A stretch of DNA of 64,000 bases from Candidatus Latescibacterota bacterium (GTDB taxonomy: Bacteria; Latescibacterota; CBDEFO01): the NCBI GenBank assembly GCA_965237525.1, contig CBDEFO010000008.1, forward strand, positions 1,760,001 through 1,824,000, written 5' to 3'. The position numbers were made by a program, and so were the translations under genes. The notes beneath the pieces were generated by a model that had not been told where the DNA came from, ran no database searches, and was given only the letters and a program-made list of their open reading frames with translations. Shown piece after piece: positions 9,764 through 19,625 of this stretch; position 1 is the first letter of the stretch, and every line of letters begins with the position of its first letter.

Positions 9764-11282
9764 AAGCCTTGTGAAATAGTTATGTCCCAGGCAGCGTCTG
9801 AAGCGCCGATTATGGGTCAAAGAGTAGCATATCGTATCGTTTTGCTGTGGAATAAGCAAAATAGTCTTATCAGAGTTCTGGTCAGCAAGGAACAGGAGCT
9901 GTTTGAAGAACAGGATGCACTGTCTTTGACAGACAGGGCACACATAGACGCTTTCCCCCTTCTTATGAAAGATACAAGCCTCTTGAGATTCTGTACTGTT
10001 GCAACAAGATTCAACTGTTCATTCAGTGAGGCTGGTCCTCTGTAACGGGCTCGTCCCATACCGTGTTGTTGCCTGGCTTCAGCAAAGATATGTTCACTGC
10101 GTTTACGGAGTCTCCGGGAGAGTTTGTAGTCAGCTGTTAATGAGATAGACCGTGCATGATTTCTGGCTTTCGCCTCTCGCACTTTTCTATCCCGTTCGGC
10201 CTGAATATGTGCTGGATTTGTCTTGTTTTTCCATGTAGGAATCGGTTCAATCTTCTCATCGGCTCGCAGAGGAATATGGGGTATGATTCCCCGGTCAAGT
10301 ACATCAGCGATAAAATTACCAGAACCGTAACCGGTATCGGCACTAAGTGTCTGAATGTCTTTGGGCATGGTGTATGTTTCAAGGTCATCTACCATCTTAA
10401 GGGCACTTTCGGGCTCTGCTGTCCCTGTCGCCTGCGTGCCCTGAGTCTCAAGGATTACTCTGCTTTTTGTGTCGATCAGATCATGGCCCATAAACGAGAG
10501 AAAAGCCCCTTTGCCCTTCGATTTGCTGTATAAGCGCGCGTCGGGGTCTGTAGTCGAACGGTGTGTTTGGTTCGTCCACTTTTCACCATGAAAGTCTTTA
10601 TCCTGAGGATGCCCGGACCTACCCTTTGTCTTATCACCTTCAAAACCGATTCCCTTGAGATAATCATCAAGAGAAACAGGGGGTTCTATCGGCTCAATAC
10701 TTTTCACTGAAGCATCAGCTTGTATCTGAGTGCCGTCGACACTAAGGTGTTTACCGCTCACAAGACCGACATCTATGCAACACTGGACTACCTGACGCAT
10801 TATCCGTTCAAACAACCCACTGGATGCCCACTTGTGATTGCGAAGCTTGTTGATCGTGCTCCTATCCGGAACCGCATCATCAAATGTCTGATGACAAAAC
10901 AACCGATATGCCGCATGCATCCCCACTTCCTGACAGAGCCGATTCTCACTCAAATTATACAGATAGCCAATAAGGATCATTCGAACAACTAATTCAGGAT
11001 CAATACCGGGTCTGCCATTGTCAGGGCAATAACAATCTGATACAACGTCTCGTACAAATGAAAAATCAACTGCCTCATCAATCTGACGAAGGATATGATC
11101 CTCGGGAACTAAATCCTCCATCTGAAAATAGTGAAACATCGGATTTGTCTGTTCCTGCTTTTGTGGGGTCATTGTTTCCTCCATGTATAATATTATCAAT
11201 AACATAATATAATACATCGGAGCTGCTTTATCAATGCTTGTTTTATACTATTTTCTGAATCTAAGGGTTTTTCACAAGGCTT
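9764..11282 (-). mobile_element. IS1182-family insertion sequence, copy 1
   Basis: 13-bp TIRs AAGCCTTGTGAAA (9764-9776) / TTTCACAAGGCTT (11270-11282); flanks TTAA / CTAA; near-identical to 35556-37074. Confidence 0.92.
9817..11172 (-). CDS. IS1182-family DDE transposase
   Basis: GRPGIDPE (DUF772-like), VDGT, ADTGY, RKRSEHIF..ARYRG; ATG 11172 behind GGAGG. Confidence 0.9.
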   Translation of the reverse strand: MTPQKQEQTNPMFHYFQMEDLVPEDHILRQIDEAVDFSFVRDVVSDCYCPDNGRPGIDPELVVRMILIGYLYNLSENRLCQEVGMHAAYRLFCHQTFDDAVPDRSTINKLRNHKWASSGLFERIMRQVVQCCIDVGLVSGKHLSVDGTQIQADASVKSIEPIEPPVSLDDYLKGIGFEGDKTKGRSGHPQDKDFHGEKWTNQTHRSTTDPDARLYSKSKGKGAFLSFMGHDLIDTKSRVILETQGTQATGTAEPESALKMVDDLETYTMPKDIQTLSADTGYGSGNFIADVLDRGIIPHIPLRADEKIEPIPTWKNKTNPAHIQAERDRKVREAKARNHARSISLTADYKLSRRLRKRSEHIFAEARQQHGMGRARYRGPASLNEQLNLVATVQNLKRLVSFIRRGKASMCALSVKDSASCSSNSSCSLLTRTLIRLFCLFHSKTIRYATL

Positions 11283-11313
11283 CTAAATCTCTTGGAAAAC
11301 TGGTCAGTTCACT

Positions 11314-11334
11314 CCCCGATAGATTCAATCGGGG
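11314..11334. repeat. 21-bp hairpin repeat CCCCGATAGATTCAATCGGGG; further copies at 20764, 25895, 51029, 52120-52156 (tandem), 52517 and 59330
   Basis: Read directly; 7-bp stem CCCCGAT/ATCGGGG with conserved loop; both orientations. Confidence 0.9.
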
Positions 11335-12647
11335 ATGAGGGAAGAACTCGGTTCTCTTAAGGCCAACTCCTCCCCGACGGTCAAGCCACTATCTATAACA
11401 GCAAAGTCGTTGCTCCGTTTAGCAAGAGTCACTTCCTGAGGCACGAACGCCGACTCTCTGCGAACGTAAGCTACCTTCAGGCTGTCCTTTTCAAATATGC
11501 ACTCAAGAGGAATGGCCAGAACATCCGGTATCTCTTCAACGATAATACTACATCGCGCCGTCAATCCCGGTACGAGATCTACGTCTGTGCTGTCTATCTC
11601 CACAATAACCTCCACTTTCTTGACTTTTGAGTCTCTCCGGATAGGTTTTGCAATATTTTCCACTTTGGTAACTTTTCCAGAAAGGTGAAAGTCGGCTAGC
11701 GATGATACGGTGACTGCGGCCTTTTGTTCCGTTTTCAGTTGCTGCGCTTCGGTCTCACCAATCTGTAGCTTAACCTGCATAACAGATAGGTCCGGGATTT
11801 TTACGACCGGACTGTAGTGCAGCATGTCCCCCTCCTGAACTTTCCTGCCGGTTGTCGGGTTCTTTTCGTGGACTACAATGCCCGCAACGGGAGTCCTTAG
11901 CACCAACTTATCCAAGGAGAGCTGGGCACGCTCGACTTTGTTTTCCTCCTGGTTGACCTTCAATTGCAAACTGGTGAGTTCCTCTTGCTGAATGGCCTCC
12001 AGAGATTGCAATTTCTTGCGATTCTTCTCCACTTCCATCTCAGACTTTGCCATTTTCAGCCTCTCGATCTCACGAACTCTGGGAGCTACAAATTCCAGTT
12101 TCGGCAGTTGCAGTCTGGAAATGGCCACAGCAGCCTCGGAGCTTCTCATCTGGGATTCGAGGAGAAAGCGCTGCAGTTTCAGGTCGGCTTCCTTCGTCTT
12201 GACTTCGGCTCGGGCGATTTCGAGCTCGTCCTGAGCGTTTTTGTAGTCCTTTTCGATCTGCTCAGATTCAAAGGTCACCACCACGTCGTCCACCTCGACT
12301 ACTGAAGCCTCCGGTGCCAGGTAGGATATTTCTGGCGCGGGATGGACGTGCGGCGCGCTTAGAACGTGGGCAGTTTTGGCTTCCAGCTCTCCCTCGGCAT
12401 CGACAGTGATAGTGAAATTGCCGCGAGAGGTAGTAAAGGTAATTTGCGAATCGAGCGAATCGGAAGACTTGCAGCTAAAACAGGAGATTAACAGAACCAA
12501 GAGCACAGCGGTGCGACCATTCCGTCTCACCTGCACCAAACTCCGGGTTCTGTCAAACTTTGCCACGGGAAAGTCCTTGCTATTGAGCTGACCAGATTGG
12601 GAAAATAGCGTCTCTTGGAAAGCGTCAGAGGATAAGGGTATCGTCAT
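11325..12647 (-). CDS. Periplasmic adaptor (MFP/HlyD family)
   Basis: GELEAK, LRTPVAG, IPDLSVMQVK and LVPGLTA; paralog of the two downstream adaptors; start uncertain. Confidence 0.85.
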   Translation of the reverse strand: MTIPLSSDAFQETLFSQSGQLNSKDFPVAKFDRTRSLVQVRRNGRTAVLLVLLISCFSCKSSDSLDSQITFTTSRGNFTITVDAEGELEAKTAHVLSAPHVHPAPEISYLAPEASVVEVDDVVVTFESEQIEKDYKNAQDELEIARAEVKTKEADLKLQRFLLESQMRSSEAAVAISRLQLPKLEFVAPRVREIERLKMAKSEMEVEKNRKKLQSLEAIQQEELTSLQLKVNQEENKVERAQLSLDKLVLRTPVAGIVVHEKNPTTGRKVQEGDMLHYSPVVKIPDLSVMQVKLQIGETEAQQLKTEQKAAVTVSSLADFHLSGKVTKVENIAKPIRRDSKVKKVEVIVEIDSTDVDLVPGLTARCSIIVEEIPDVLAIPLECIFEKDSLKVAYVRRESAFVPQEVTLAKRSNDFAVIDSGLTVGEELALREPSSSLIPD

Positions 12648-12734
12648 ACCAAAAATAATGTCCAGCTATCTATAAGTCAAGCGGAAACTGCTTAATACCA
12701 CTTGGAAGATCGGAGTTTGGACACAGTATAAAGA

Positions 12735-13025
12735 ATGCACGGAATTCAGGAAGCATCAGAACCATCTGTGCTTCAGCAGTACTCTGTAGAAGGTAAGGAA
12801 GATCTCTTGAAGCTTGTAGGTGGATATGTGAGGGAGACGATGGGAAGGAATGTAGTGCCTGGGCACCCTAGGGTATACCCTCCTGAAAACTTCACTTCAG
12901 ATGAGCTAGTGTTGGAATCTCTTATCGGGCGCCTTGGGGAAATTAGAAGCTGTCCTTGCTATAGAGACGCGGTCTTAGTCAAAGACGTGAAAGGATTAGG
13001 TGAGGAACTACGAAGGTTATGGTAG
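12735..13025 (+). CDS. Hypothetical protein or decayed fragment
   Basis: 96-aa ORF in an otherwise empty region; protein-like composition; frame continues past the TAG. Confidence 0.25.
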   Translation: MHGIQEASEPSVLQQYSVEGKEDLLKLVGGYVRETMGRNVVPGHPRVYPPENFTSDELVLESLIGRLGEIRSCPCYRDAVLVKDVKGLGEELRRLW

Positions 13026-13358
13026 AAAGGGTTTGAAACTGGAAGGTACTCAAGGGAACTATGGGTATCTTATAAACCCTGGGGCAAGGGTACTCCTTAT
13101 TCAGATAATAATTATATAGGAGTTATTAATCAGAAAGGGAGAAAACTTCGCTCACAGTACCGCATCTGGGAATCTATTGTCTCCATCTGGTCGTAACGCA
13201 TCTAACGGCAATTAGCGCAAAAGCCGGATCGCTGAAGACACCGACTCGCCTGATCAAGCCCGCTCTCTTTACAGGTATTCTACAACTCCTCATCGATGGG
13301 GGGGTTGAAGAACTCCTGCACCGATCTGCAGTCTATGCATACTATCTGACCGTGCCTT

Positions 13359-13550
13359 CTATCTATGGTCTCTATAGTATCTGGTCCAGAACGGGATATT
13401 CTCGTAGACCCACCCCGGCATATCCCGTATCGAAACTTTTAGTCCTTCTTGGTCTACGTCCACTCCAGGGCCAAGTACCTCGTGATAGAATCTCTTGCTT
13501 GCCTCAGGATCCTTGACGTAGAGTTCTATCTCGTGGAATTTAAGTTTCAT
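13359..13550 (-). pseudogene. Truncated/frameshifted VOC (glyoxalase-like) gene
   Basis: HEIELYVKDPEASKRFYHEVLG N-terminal VOC motif, then similarity is lost. Confidence 0.6.
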
Positions 13551-13568
13551 GGCTGGCATGCTTTGCTC

Positions 13569-13811
13569 TTAATCTGCATGACAAAAACTACAATTCCCCA
13601 AGTCACGGTGGGGCATGATAGGAGTGCCCTTATCTCTCCTTATATGGCACCCCAAACACTCAATAGATTCAGCCTCGGGCCGATGATCGAGGTCCACGGG
13701 CATAGTTGGGGCCGCTTTGAAGAAAGCCACTGAGACTATAACCGCGAATATTCCGCCCAATATCCATACGACCATCCACACTTTTTTAGCGTCAGAACCT
13801 TCTCTTGGCAT
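13569..13811 (-). CDS. Small membrane-anchored diheme c-type cytochrome (NapB-like layout)
   Basis: N-terminal TM helix; CLGCH and CSFCH; candidate distal His in DH and PH. Confidence 0.75.
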   Translation of the reverse strand: MPREGSDAKKVWMVVWILGGIFAVIVSVAFFKAAPTMPVDLDHRPEAESIECLGCHIRRDKGTPIMPHRDLGNCSFCHAD

Positions 13812-13820
13812 ATCCCAACT

Positions 13821-14348
13821 TCAAAGGACGGCCGCTATCTCAGCAAGCAGTGCAACTCCAAGCGCAGATAATAGGGTGATCCTTGTTAGGTTTACGTATT
13901 CTCTATGCATTCTGTTGAACTGTTCCCCCTCTTCTCCCAACATTTCCCCTGTATCAGGCGAGATCGAAGCCCTTTCTCTTACCTCATCCATCTTCGAGGT
14001 TAATCCCATCCCTAAATATAGAGCCACACTGATCATCACAAAGAGCAGGACGAATCTTGTGGACGTTAATAGAGACCATAGCCTGTCTCCGTCGCCCCAG
14101 AAGCTGTGTTCCCTGTTCAAGACTACTTGAATTATGCTCGTCAGGGCCAGGACAACCCCGCAGACGTACACTATGTAATTGAACCTCTTGAAGCTGTCCC
14201 CTACGATTGCTCCGGCAGCGGCAGCCGATTCCAAAGATCTGAACGCCACAGGAGCGACTACTGCGCCTATTGCAATAGTCCCGCCTATCCAGAGAGCTAA
14301 GGCTATAAAATAGAACCAGTTGGAGACCACAAGGATGATGGAATTCAT
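13821..14348 (-). CDS. DUF4149/TMEM205-like membrane protein
   Basis: LALWIGG..VAPVAF..AGAIVG and FNRMH motifs; four TM helices; ATG 14348. Confidence 0.75.
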   Translation of the reverse strand: MNSIILVVSNWFYFIALALWIGGTIAIGAVVAPVAFRSLESAAAAGAIVGDSFKRFNYIVYVCGVVLALTSIIQVVLNREHSFWGDGDRLWSLLTSTRFVLLFVMISVALYLGMGLTSKMDEVRERASISPDTGEMLGEEGEQFNRMHREYVNLTRITLLSALGVALLAEIAAVL

Positions 14349-14355
14349 TTTCGAA

Positions 14356-15561
14356 TTAGAGGAGCTTGACCTCCACTTTTTCGTTCTTTTCGATAAGATC
14401 CACGTTCGGCGGGATAAGGATATAGCCGTCGGCCTGGGACATACTCGTAATTGCCCCGGAGTCCTTAAACGCCGGCATGGCAACGCCATCTACGATCTTC
14501 ACAGTATAAAACTGATCTTTCCCTAAGTCCGACGTAATGCCCTGTCCCAGGGGCATCTCTATGGCTTTTTCCAGTTTTGGATAAAGCCGCGCCATCTTCC
14601 TCAACATAGGAATCAAAAGCAGATACGAGTTTGAAAGGCACGAGGTCGGAAAGCCCGGCATACCCAAGAATAGTGCCTTTCCTATCTTCCCGAAGAGCGT
14701 CGGCTTGCCCGGCCTTACTGCAATCCCATGGAATAGTATCTCTCCTACTTCCTGCATAATATCCAGAATAATGTCTCTTTCCCCCACAGAACTCCCCGCG
14801 GAGGTCAGAATTATATCGTATTTGCTGCATTCTTCTACCTTAGCCCTTACGTCCTCCAACCTGTCCTTAACGATCCCCTTCAGATCCGCAATTCCTCCGT
14901 TATCCTCTACAACAGCTCTCATAGTATATGAGTTAGTATTGTAGACTTGACCCGGTTTTAAGCTTCCTCCCAGATCTACTACTTCATCCCCGGTAGATAT
15001 GATCCCGACTTTGGGCCTTTTATACACAACTAAGCTATCCAGGCCCAGAGATGTAGCCGCCCCTATCCTGCCCGGGTTAAGTATCTCCCCCACCTCTAAG
15101 ACTTTACTCCCGTCCTCAATATCTGTGCCTCTTTTCGACACATTTTCTTTTGGATAGACTGGCTCGTAGACAAGGACGCCCTCTTCGTCTTTATCGGTAT
15201 TTTCCACCATAACCACAGCGTCTGCACCCTGGGGGATCATAGTTCCTGTGGCTATCTGTACACATTCCCCCGGCTCTATCTGGCTTTGGGGAACCTGCCC
15301 TGCATAGACTCTTTCAACGATCTTGAATGTCTTAGGGTTGAACTTTCCCGCTCCGAACGTATCCTCAGCCCTTACGGCGTATCCATCTTTAGCTGACCTG
15401 TCGAAATCGGGCACGCATATCTTTGAGACCACATCCTCGGCCACGACTCTCCCGTTGGCCTGTGTAATATTAACGCGGTCTGTCCTTTCAATCGGAACGA
15501 CAGAGTCCAGGCATATTCTTTTCGCCTCGTCCAGAGGTATCAACGATTTTAAAGGTCGCAT
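14356..15561 (-). CDS. moeA: Molybdopterin molybdotransferase
   Basis: FDRSAKDGYAV, IATG, STGDE, SSVGERD, RPGKP and PGFP motifs. Confidence 0.93.
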   Translation of the reverse strand: MRPLKSLIPLDEAKRICLDSVVPIERTDRVNITQANGRVVAEDVVSKICVPDFDRSAKDGYAVRAEDTFGAGKFNPKTFKIVERVYAGQVPQSQIEPGECVQIATGTMIPQGADAVVMVENTDKDEEGVLVYEPVYPKENVSKRGTDIEDGSKVLEVGEILNPGRIGAATSLGLDSLVVYKRPKVGIISTGDEVVDLGGSLKPGQVYNTNSYTMRAVVEDNGGIADLKGIVKDRLEDVRAKVEECSKYDIILTSAGSSVGERDIILDIMQEVGEILFHGIAVRPGKPTLFGKIGKALFLGMPGFPTSCLSNSYLLLIPMLRKMARLYPKLEKAIEMPLGQGITSDLGKDQFYTVKIVDGVAMPAFKDSGAITSMSQADGYILIPPNVDLIEKNEKVEVKLL

Positions 15562-15661
15562 CAGCGTAATGAAAATTCGGATTAACTCTCAACTATTCTA
15601 AGTATCAGGTCAAAATAGTTCGGACAAATGATAGAGATCCAGAATAGTAAACAGCATATTC

Positions 15662-15792
15662 GTAGAGGCCAAGGCACTTCGGCACTTTGTGGTTTGCTGG
15701 CACTTCGTGCCCCCTGTAAAAAGGGGTGGCAGCAGAGCACGCTGTGCCCCACGGCGCCTCGTCCCAAGGGCTGGGAAACGAACGCCCCTACA
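15662..15792. repeat. GTAG-type REP hairpin cluster; family also at 4284, 22661-22758, 24261, 29690-29774, 43145-43214, 48688, 57463-57510, 59252 and 60957-61065
   Basis: GTAG(G)GGC...GCCC(CTAC) short palindromes, often in inverted pairs, in intergenic gaps. Confidence 0.7.
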
Positions 15793-15826
15793 TTTTGGGG
15801 TGGGAGGCGGTGCCCTGTCTACTTAC

Positions 15827-16093
15827 TTAATATCTTCCGTAATCCCTCCTTTGTTTGTTTTTTGGTGGGCGAGCTTCGTCCACTTTCAAAGCACGTCCTT
15901 GTAAATCGGTGCCGTCCAATGCTTCTTTTGCTTTTTCAGCTTCCGATGAGTTAGACATTTCAACAAATCCAAAACCTCTACCTTCAATTATGTTGACTTG
16001 CTTAACTTCACCATAGTTGGAAAACAATTCTTCCAACGCTTCACTAGTTACAGAGTAACTAAGATTTCCCACATACAGTTTGCTACCTTGCAT
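15827..16093 (-). CDS. RRM-type RNA-binding protein
   Basis: RNP2 KLYVGNL and RNP1 RGFGFVEM; ATG 16093 behind AGGAGG. Confidence 0.93.
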   Translation of the reverse strand: MQGSKLYVGNLSYSVTSEALEELFSNYGEVKQVNIIEGRGFGFVEMSNSSEAEKAKEALDGTDLQGRALKVDEARPPKNKQRRDYGRY

Positions 16094-16308
16094 TCTTTCC
16101 TCCTTTTCTCTGTTGTCCAATAATGTTTCTTTTGGAGGTAGAAGCAAGATCGTTATTCTAACCTCTCTAATGCTAACACTATTAAACACAGGAGAACCCT
16201 CGTTAAAAACCTGTTTCAGAGGATTTAATTGAGTATTCTTACTACCCTCCTTCAGTATTTATCAAAGTAGTAAAAAGCAGGTAGGGCATCCCTCTCCCCA
16301 TCTACTAC

Positions 16309-17388
16309 CTACTTTTGGGGATAGTGCTCCTTGCAGTAGTCCTTTACCGCAATCGGGATCTCCTTGAGGTTCTCTATCGTCGTCCTCAGGGGAATTGCGC
16401 ACTCAGGGGCTATAATATCGACCCCGGCGTCCATTGCTCTGTAGACCTCCTTTCGCACCTCCTCGGGACCCTTTGTATATAGCGTTACGGGGTTATTTAC
16501 GTTTCCTACAAGAGCGAGGTTTTCTCCTGCTGCTTCCATAGCCTCTTTGGGATCGTTGAGAGAATCAAAATGGAAGCAATTAAATCCCGTCTCGGCGATG
16601 TAAGGTATGCGATCCACAGTTTTTCCGCAGATGTGAAGTATAAGAGGACACTTGATCCTTTCTTTAAACTCTATGTGAAGGTCCTTCAAAAAGTCCCTGT
16701 AGTAATCCGCACTCACCAGGTCTCCTGTGGCGTGATCGGGCAGGGTCAAAGCATCTGCGCCTGCATCTATCTGCGCCTGACCGAACATAACTGTGGATTC
16801 TTTCAAAATGTCCAGGATCTTTTTTACCTTATCTGGGTTATCCACTGTCATCAACAAAAACTCTGTGATCCCAAAAAGGTGATAGCACAAAGACCAGGGC
16901 CCCATGGTCTTGCCTATAACCGCAACTTGGTCCCCGTATTCTTTCTTTAGGATTGTCAAGGCGTCAAGCACGGTTTTAGTATCGTTATGAGTCAGAAGAT
17001 CATCTGAGATTTTGATGTCCTCCGGCTCCTTGCAGATAGGCTTGTGCATCCTGACTGTCGCCCAGTTATCCTTCTCCTCCCACTGAATATCGCAACCTAA
17101 GGCTGAAGATTCCTGGATGATGGTAAAGACCGGCATAACGCTGTCGAAGCCCAATTCGGTATAGCCTGTAGCCGCCAGTCGGGCCATCGCTTCAGCGTTT
17201 CTGTGAGCTTCGGGGAAGGGAGCTTCTACCAGGTCCATAAAATCCACGGTTGCAACAGACGTCGGGTTGGACACAGGAGGCCTGTCAACCTCCTCCCTGT
17301 TGAGTGCGGCAAGAACCCTTTCCCTCGGCATCATGCACTCGACAAATCCTTCTCCATTGCCGCCGCCCTGATTTTTTCCAGAAGACAT
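16309..17388 (-). CDS. MtaA/CmuA-family corrinoid methyltransferase (UroD fold)
   Basis: LHICG and APECAIP Zn-ligand motifs; GPWSL; GNVNN. Confidence 0.85.
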   Translation of the reverse strand: MSSGKNQGGGNGEGFVECMMPRERVLAALNREEVDRPPVSNPTSVATVDFMDLVEAPFPEAHRNAEAMARLAATGYTELGFDSVMPVFTIIQESSALGCDIQWEEKDNWATVRMHKPICKEPEDIKISDDLLTHNDTKTVLDALTILKKEYGDQVAVIGKTMGPWSLCYHLFGITEFLLMTVDNPDKVKKILDILKESTVMFGQAQIDAGADALTLPDHATGDLVSADYYRDFLKDLHIEFKERIKCPLILHICGKTVDRIPYIAETGFNCFHFDSLNDPKEAMEAAGENLALVGNVNNPVTLYTKGPEEVRKEVYRAMDAGVDIIAPECAIPLRTTIENLKEIPIAVKDYCKEHYPQK

Positions 17389-17589
17389 ATCCTTCCTCCA
17401 ATCTATCGATGGAGACTTAAAGCTCCTATATTCATGATGGCAATTCTTGAAATGTCACTTAGATATGCCTGCCATATCTCTGTCAAACGTAATCCCGACT
17501 CCATAACAAATATACCAAATAGGCATTCCAAAAACAAGGGATTGATCATAATGAAAAACATTACTGATAAAATATCTTGATGGTATGTT

Positions 17590-18258
17590 CTATAGCATGT
17601 TAAGTTCGTGCTTGGCCTGGGAGGATAGTTCAGAGTCTGGATACGAATCCACTATGCGTTTCAGAGATATCTGGGCTTCGTCCTTCATATCGACCAGTAC
17701 AAAACACCTTGCGGAATCTATAAGGGCTCTTGGGGCAAACGCTGAGTCCTTGCTCTCATCTGCAAAACTTTTGTACTGCACTGCCGCCTCGTGGTATTTT
17801 CCCTGCTGCTCCATAGAGGCCGCAATCCCGCTTGCGCAATTATAGACCATGGTATCGTCGTCTCCATCCTCATCTAAATAAGTCTGAAAATACTTTATTG
17901 CTTGCTTATACTCACCCCTGTCAAAGTAGAGATTTCCCAGATCTACCGTCGCCTCAGCCGCAGACGGTGTACCTTCAAAGCCCTCTATTACAGTCATGTA
18001 CAAGCCGATGGCCTCATCAGGCCCCCCCGCGGGCATAGCTATTCTGGCTTTTGCTAAGGTGCTTTCGGAGTCCTCCTCGCTTCGTCTTTGCTTATTGACA
18101 GAAACTGCTATTATCACGGCCAGCACGACAGCTAAAATCCCGCCAAGAATGATCCTATTTAGGTTATCCCTTATAAACGTCGCTGCATTTGCTGTAAACG
18201 TTACGAATTTATCCTCTTTGATCTGTCTTTTCGTCAACCTCTGTCTCGGTTTAAGCAT
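17590..18258 (-). CDS. Membrane-anchored TPR protein (YfgM-like)
   Basis: IKEDKF N-terminus, one TM helix, TPR repeats, YPDS C-terminal motif. Confidence 0.8.
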   Translation of the reverse strand: MLKPRQRLTKRQIKEDKFVTFTANAATFIRDNLNRIILGGILAVVLAVIIAVSVNKQRRSEEDSESTLAKARIAMPAGGPDEAIGLYMTVIEGFEGTPSAAEATVDLGNLYFDRGEYKQAIKYFQTYLDEDGDDDTMVYNCASGIAASMEQQGKYHEAAVQYKSFADESKDSAFAPRALIDSARCFVLVDMKDEAQISLKRIVDSYPDSELSSQAKHELNML

Positions 18259-18296
18259 CTGTTTGAAATTCTCCTTCTTAGGTAGCCACAGCTGTA

Positions 18297-19475
18297 TCAG
18301 AACTTAACAGTCTTGTATTCTAGTGCCATCTTTATTCTTTCCATAACTGGCGGGTGGGTGTACAAAAGCCATTTGATGAACCGTCCGGGCTCTACATCCG
18401 AAAGGTTCTTGATCGAAAGGTTCTTCTCCACATCTATAAATATATCTGGTTTGTCGGTCAAAGTCAACGATTCCCAGTCGGACTGACGTTCAAAATATCT
18501 CGAAATCGCGTTTTGCACCGGCATTCCCACAAGTCCCAAGATTCCAACTATCAAAAATATCAGAGCCAACACCCCTACCTCGTCGATCGTTTCCATTCCG
18601 AATCTGCCTTCCGACCAGTTTATGGTCCGGTTGACGATGAAAAGGATCAAAAAGCTACCTATCAGAGCCAGACTTATCCCCTTCCATATGTGATTGTGCT
18701 TCCAGTGTCCTATTTCGTGTGCCAGCACAAGCTCTACTTCATCGTCCTTTGAACCCTCCACCAGCGTGTCGTACAGGACAATTCTCTTGGTAGTCGCCAG
18801 CCCCGTAAAATAGGCGTTTACCTTCTTTGTCCTTTTGCTTGCGTCCATTACAAGGACGTCCTCCACCTCCAACTTTGCCTCTTTAGCCAGACCTAACACG
18901 CGATCTTTCAATTCGCCTTCTTCCAGCGGTTTGAAAGAATGAAAGAGGGGAGCTATCACCACAGGAGCAAGAAAAACCAGCACTACAGATAGAATACCCG
19001 AACAGATCGCCCCGTAGATCCACCATCTTTCGGGCTGCCACTTTATCAGTGCTAAGAGTCCCATCCCGACCGGAGCCATAATGACCAGACTGACCAGCCT
19101 CCCTTTGGCATAGTTCCACAGCCATCCTCCGATGTTTTCGTTGGACAACCCATACTGATGCTCGTGAAAATACCCGCTGTACAGGGACAGCGGAAAAGTA
19201 ACTAACCAGACTAAGGCCAAAAGGCAACCCGAAAAGAGTATCGCTCCGAGCCACCATCTTCCCGTTATCCCGATTAAGTGATTTCCGAAGGTTGCAGCGA
19301 TTCCGCTGAAGATAAAGAGGCACAAAATTGTGACTTCAATTCCCTCTCTCAGGAAGAATAACCTGTATTTTGTTTCTCTGTATTCTTTTCCCTTCTTTAT
19401 CTGTTCGTCGGTAAAATAATCTGAGGCCCTGATCGCCTTTCCCCCATCAGCCTCAGCACTTGCTGCCACAGCCAA
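18297..19475 (-). CDS. M48 (Ste24-like) membrane zinc metalloprotease
   Basis: NAYFTG, HEIGH, E..SD and THPP motifs; true start may be further upstream. Confidence 0.92.
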   Translation of the reverse strand: MAVAASAEADGGKAIRASDYFTDEQIKKGKEYRETKYRLFFLREGIEVTILCLFIFSGIAATFGNHLIGITGRWWLGAILFSGCLLALVWLVTFPLSLYSGYFHEHQYGLSNENIGGWLWNYAKGRLVSLVIMAPVGMGLLALIKWQPERWWIYGAICSGILSVVLVFLAPVVIAPLFHSFKPLEEGELKDRVLGLAKEAKLEVEDVLVMDASKRTKKVNAYFTGLATTKRIVLYDTLVEGSKDDEVELVLAHEIGHWKHNHIWKGISLALIGSFLILFIVNRTINWSEGRFGMETIDEVGVLALIFLIVGILGLVGMPVQNAISRYFERQSDWESLTLTDKPDIFIDVEKNLSIKNLSDVEPGRFIKWLLYTHPPVMERIKMALEYKTVKF

Positions 19476-19625
19476 CAGAATTACGAAGGATGTTATTAAT
19501 GGAATTATATTTTTCAGTGTCAGTCCCCAGTCTCAACCTTACAGATTTCCTAAATTACGCGAAAGAGTTGCCTATTATGCTAACTGCACTACGTTAATCA
19601 TCCCCATTCCACAAGCCAGATTTCC

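Noticed and set aside
13199..13225. attC site (minus-strand GTTAGAT); similar lone cores at ~3301 and ~55775
   Set aside because: Only a core motif with no matching inverse core or palindrome; could be chance or a remnant
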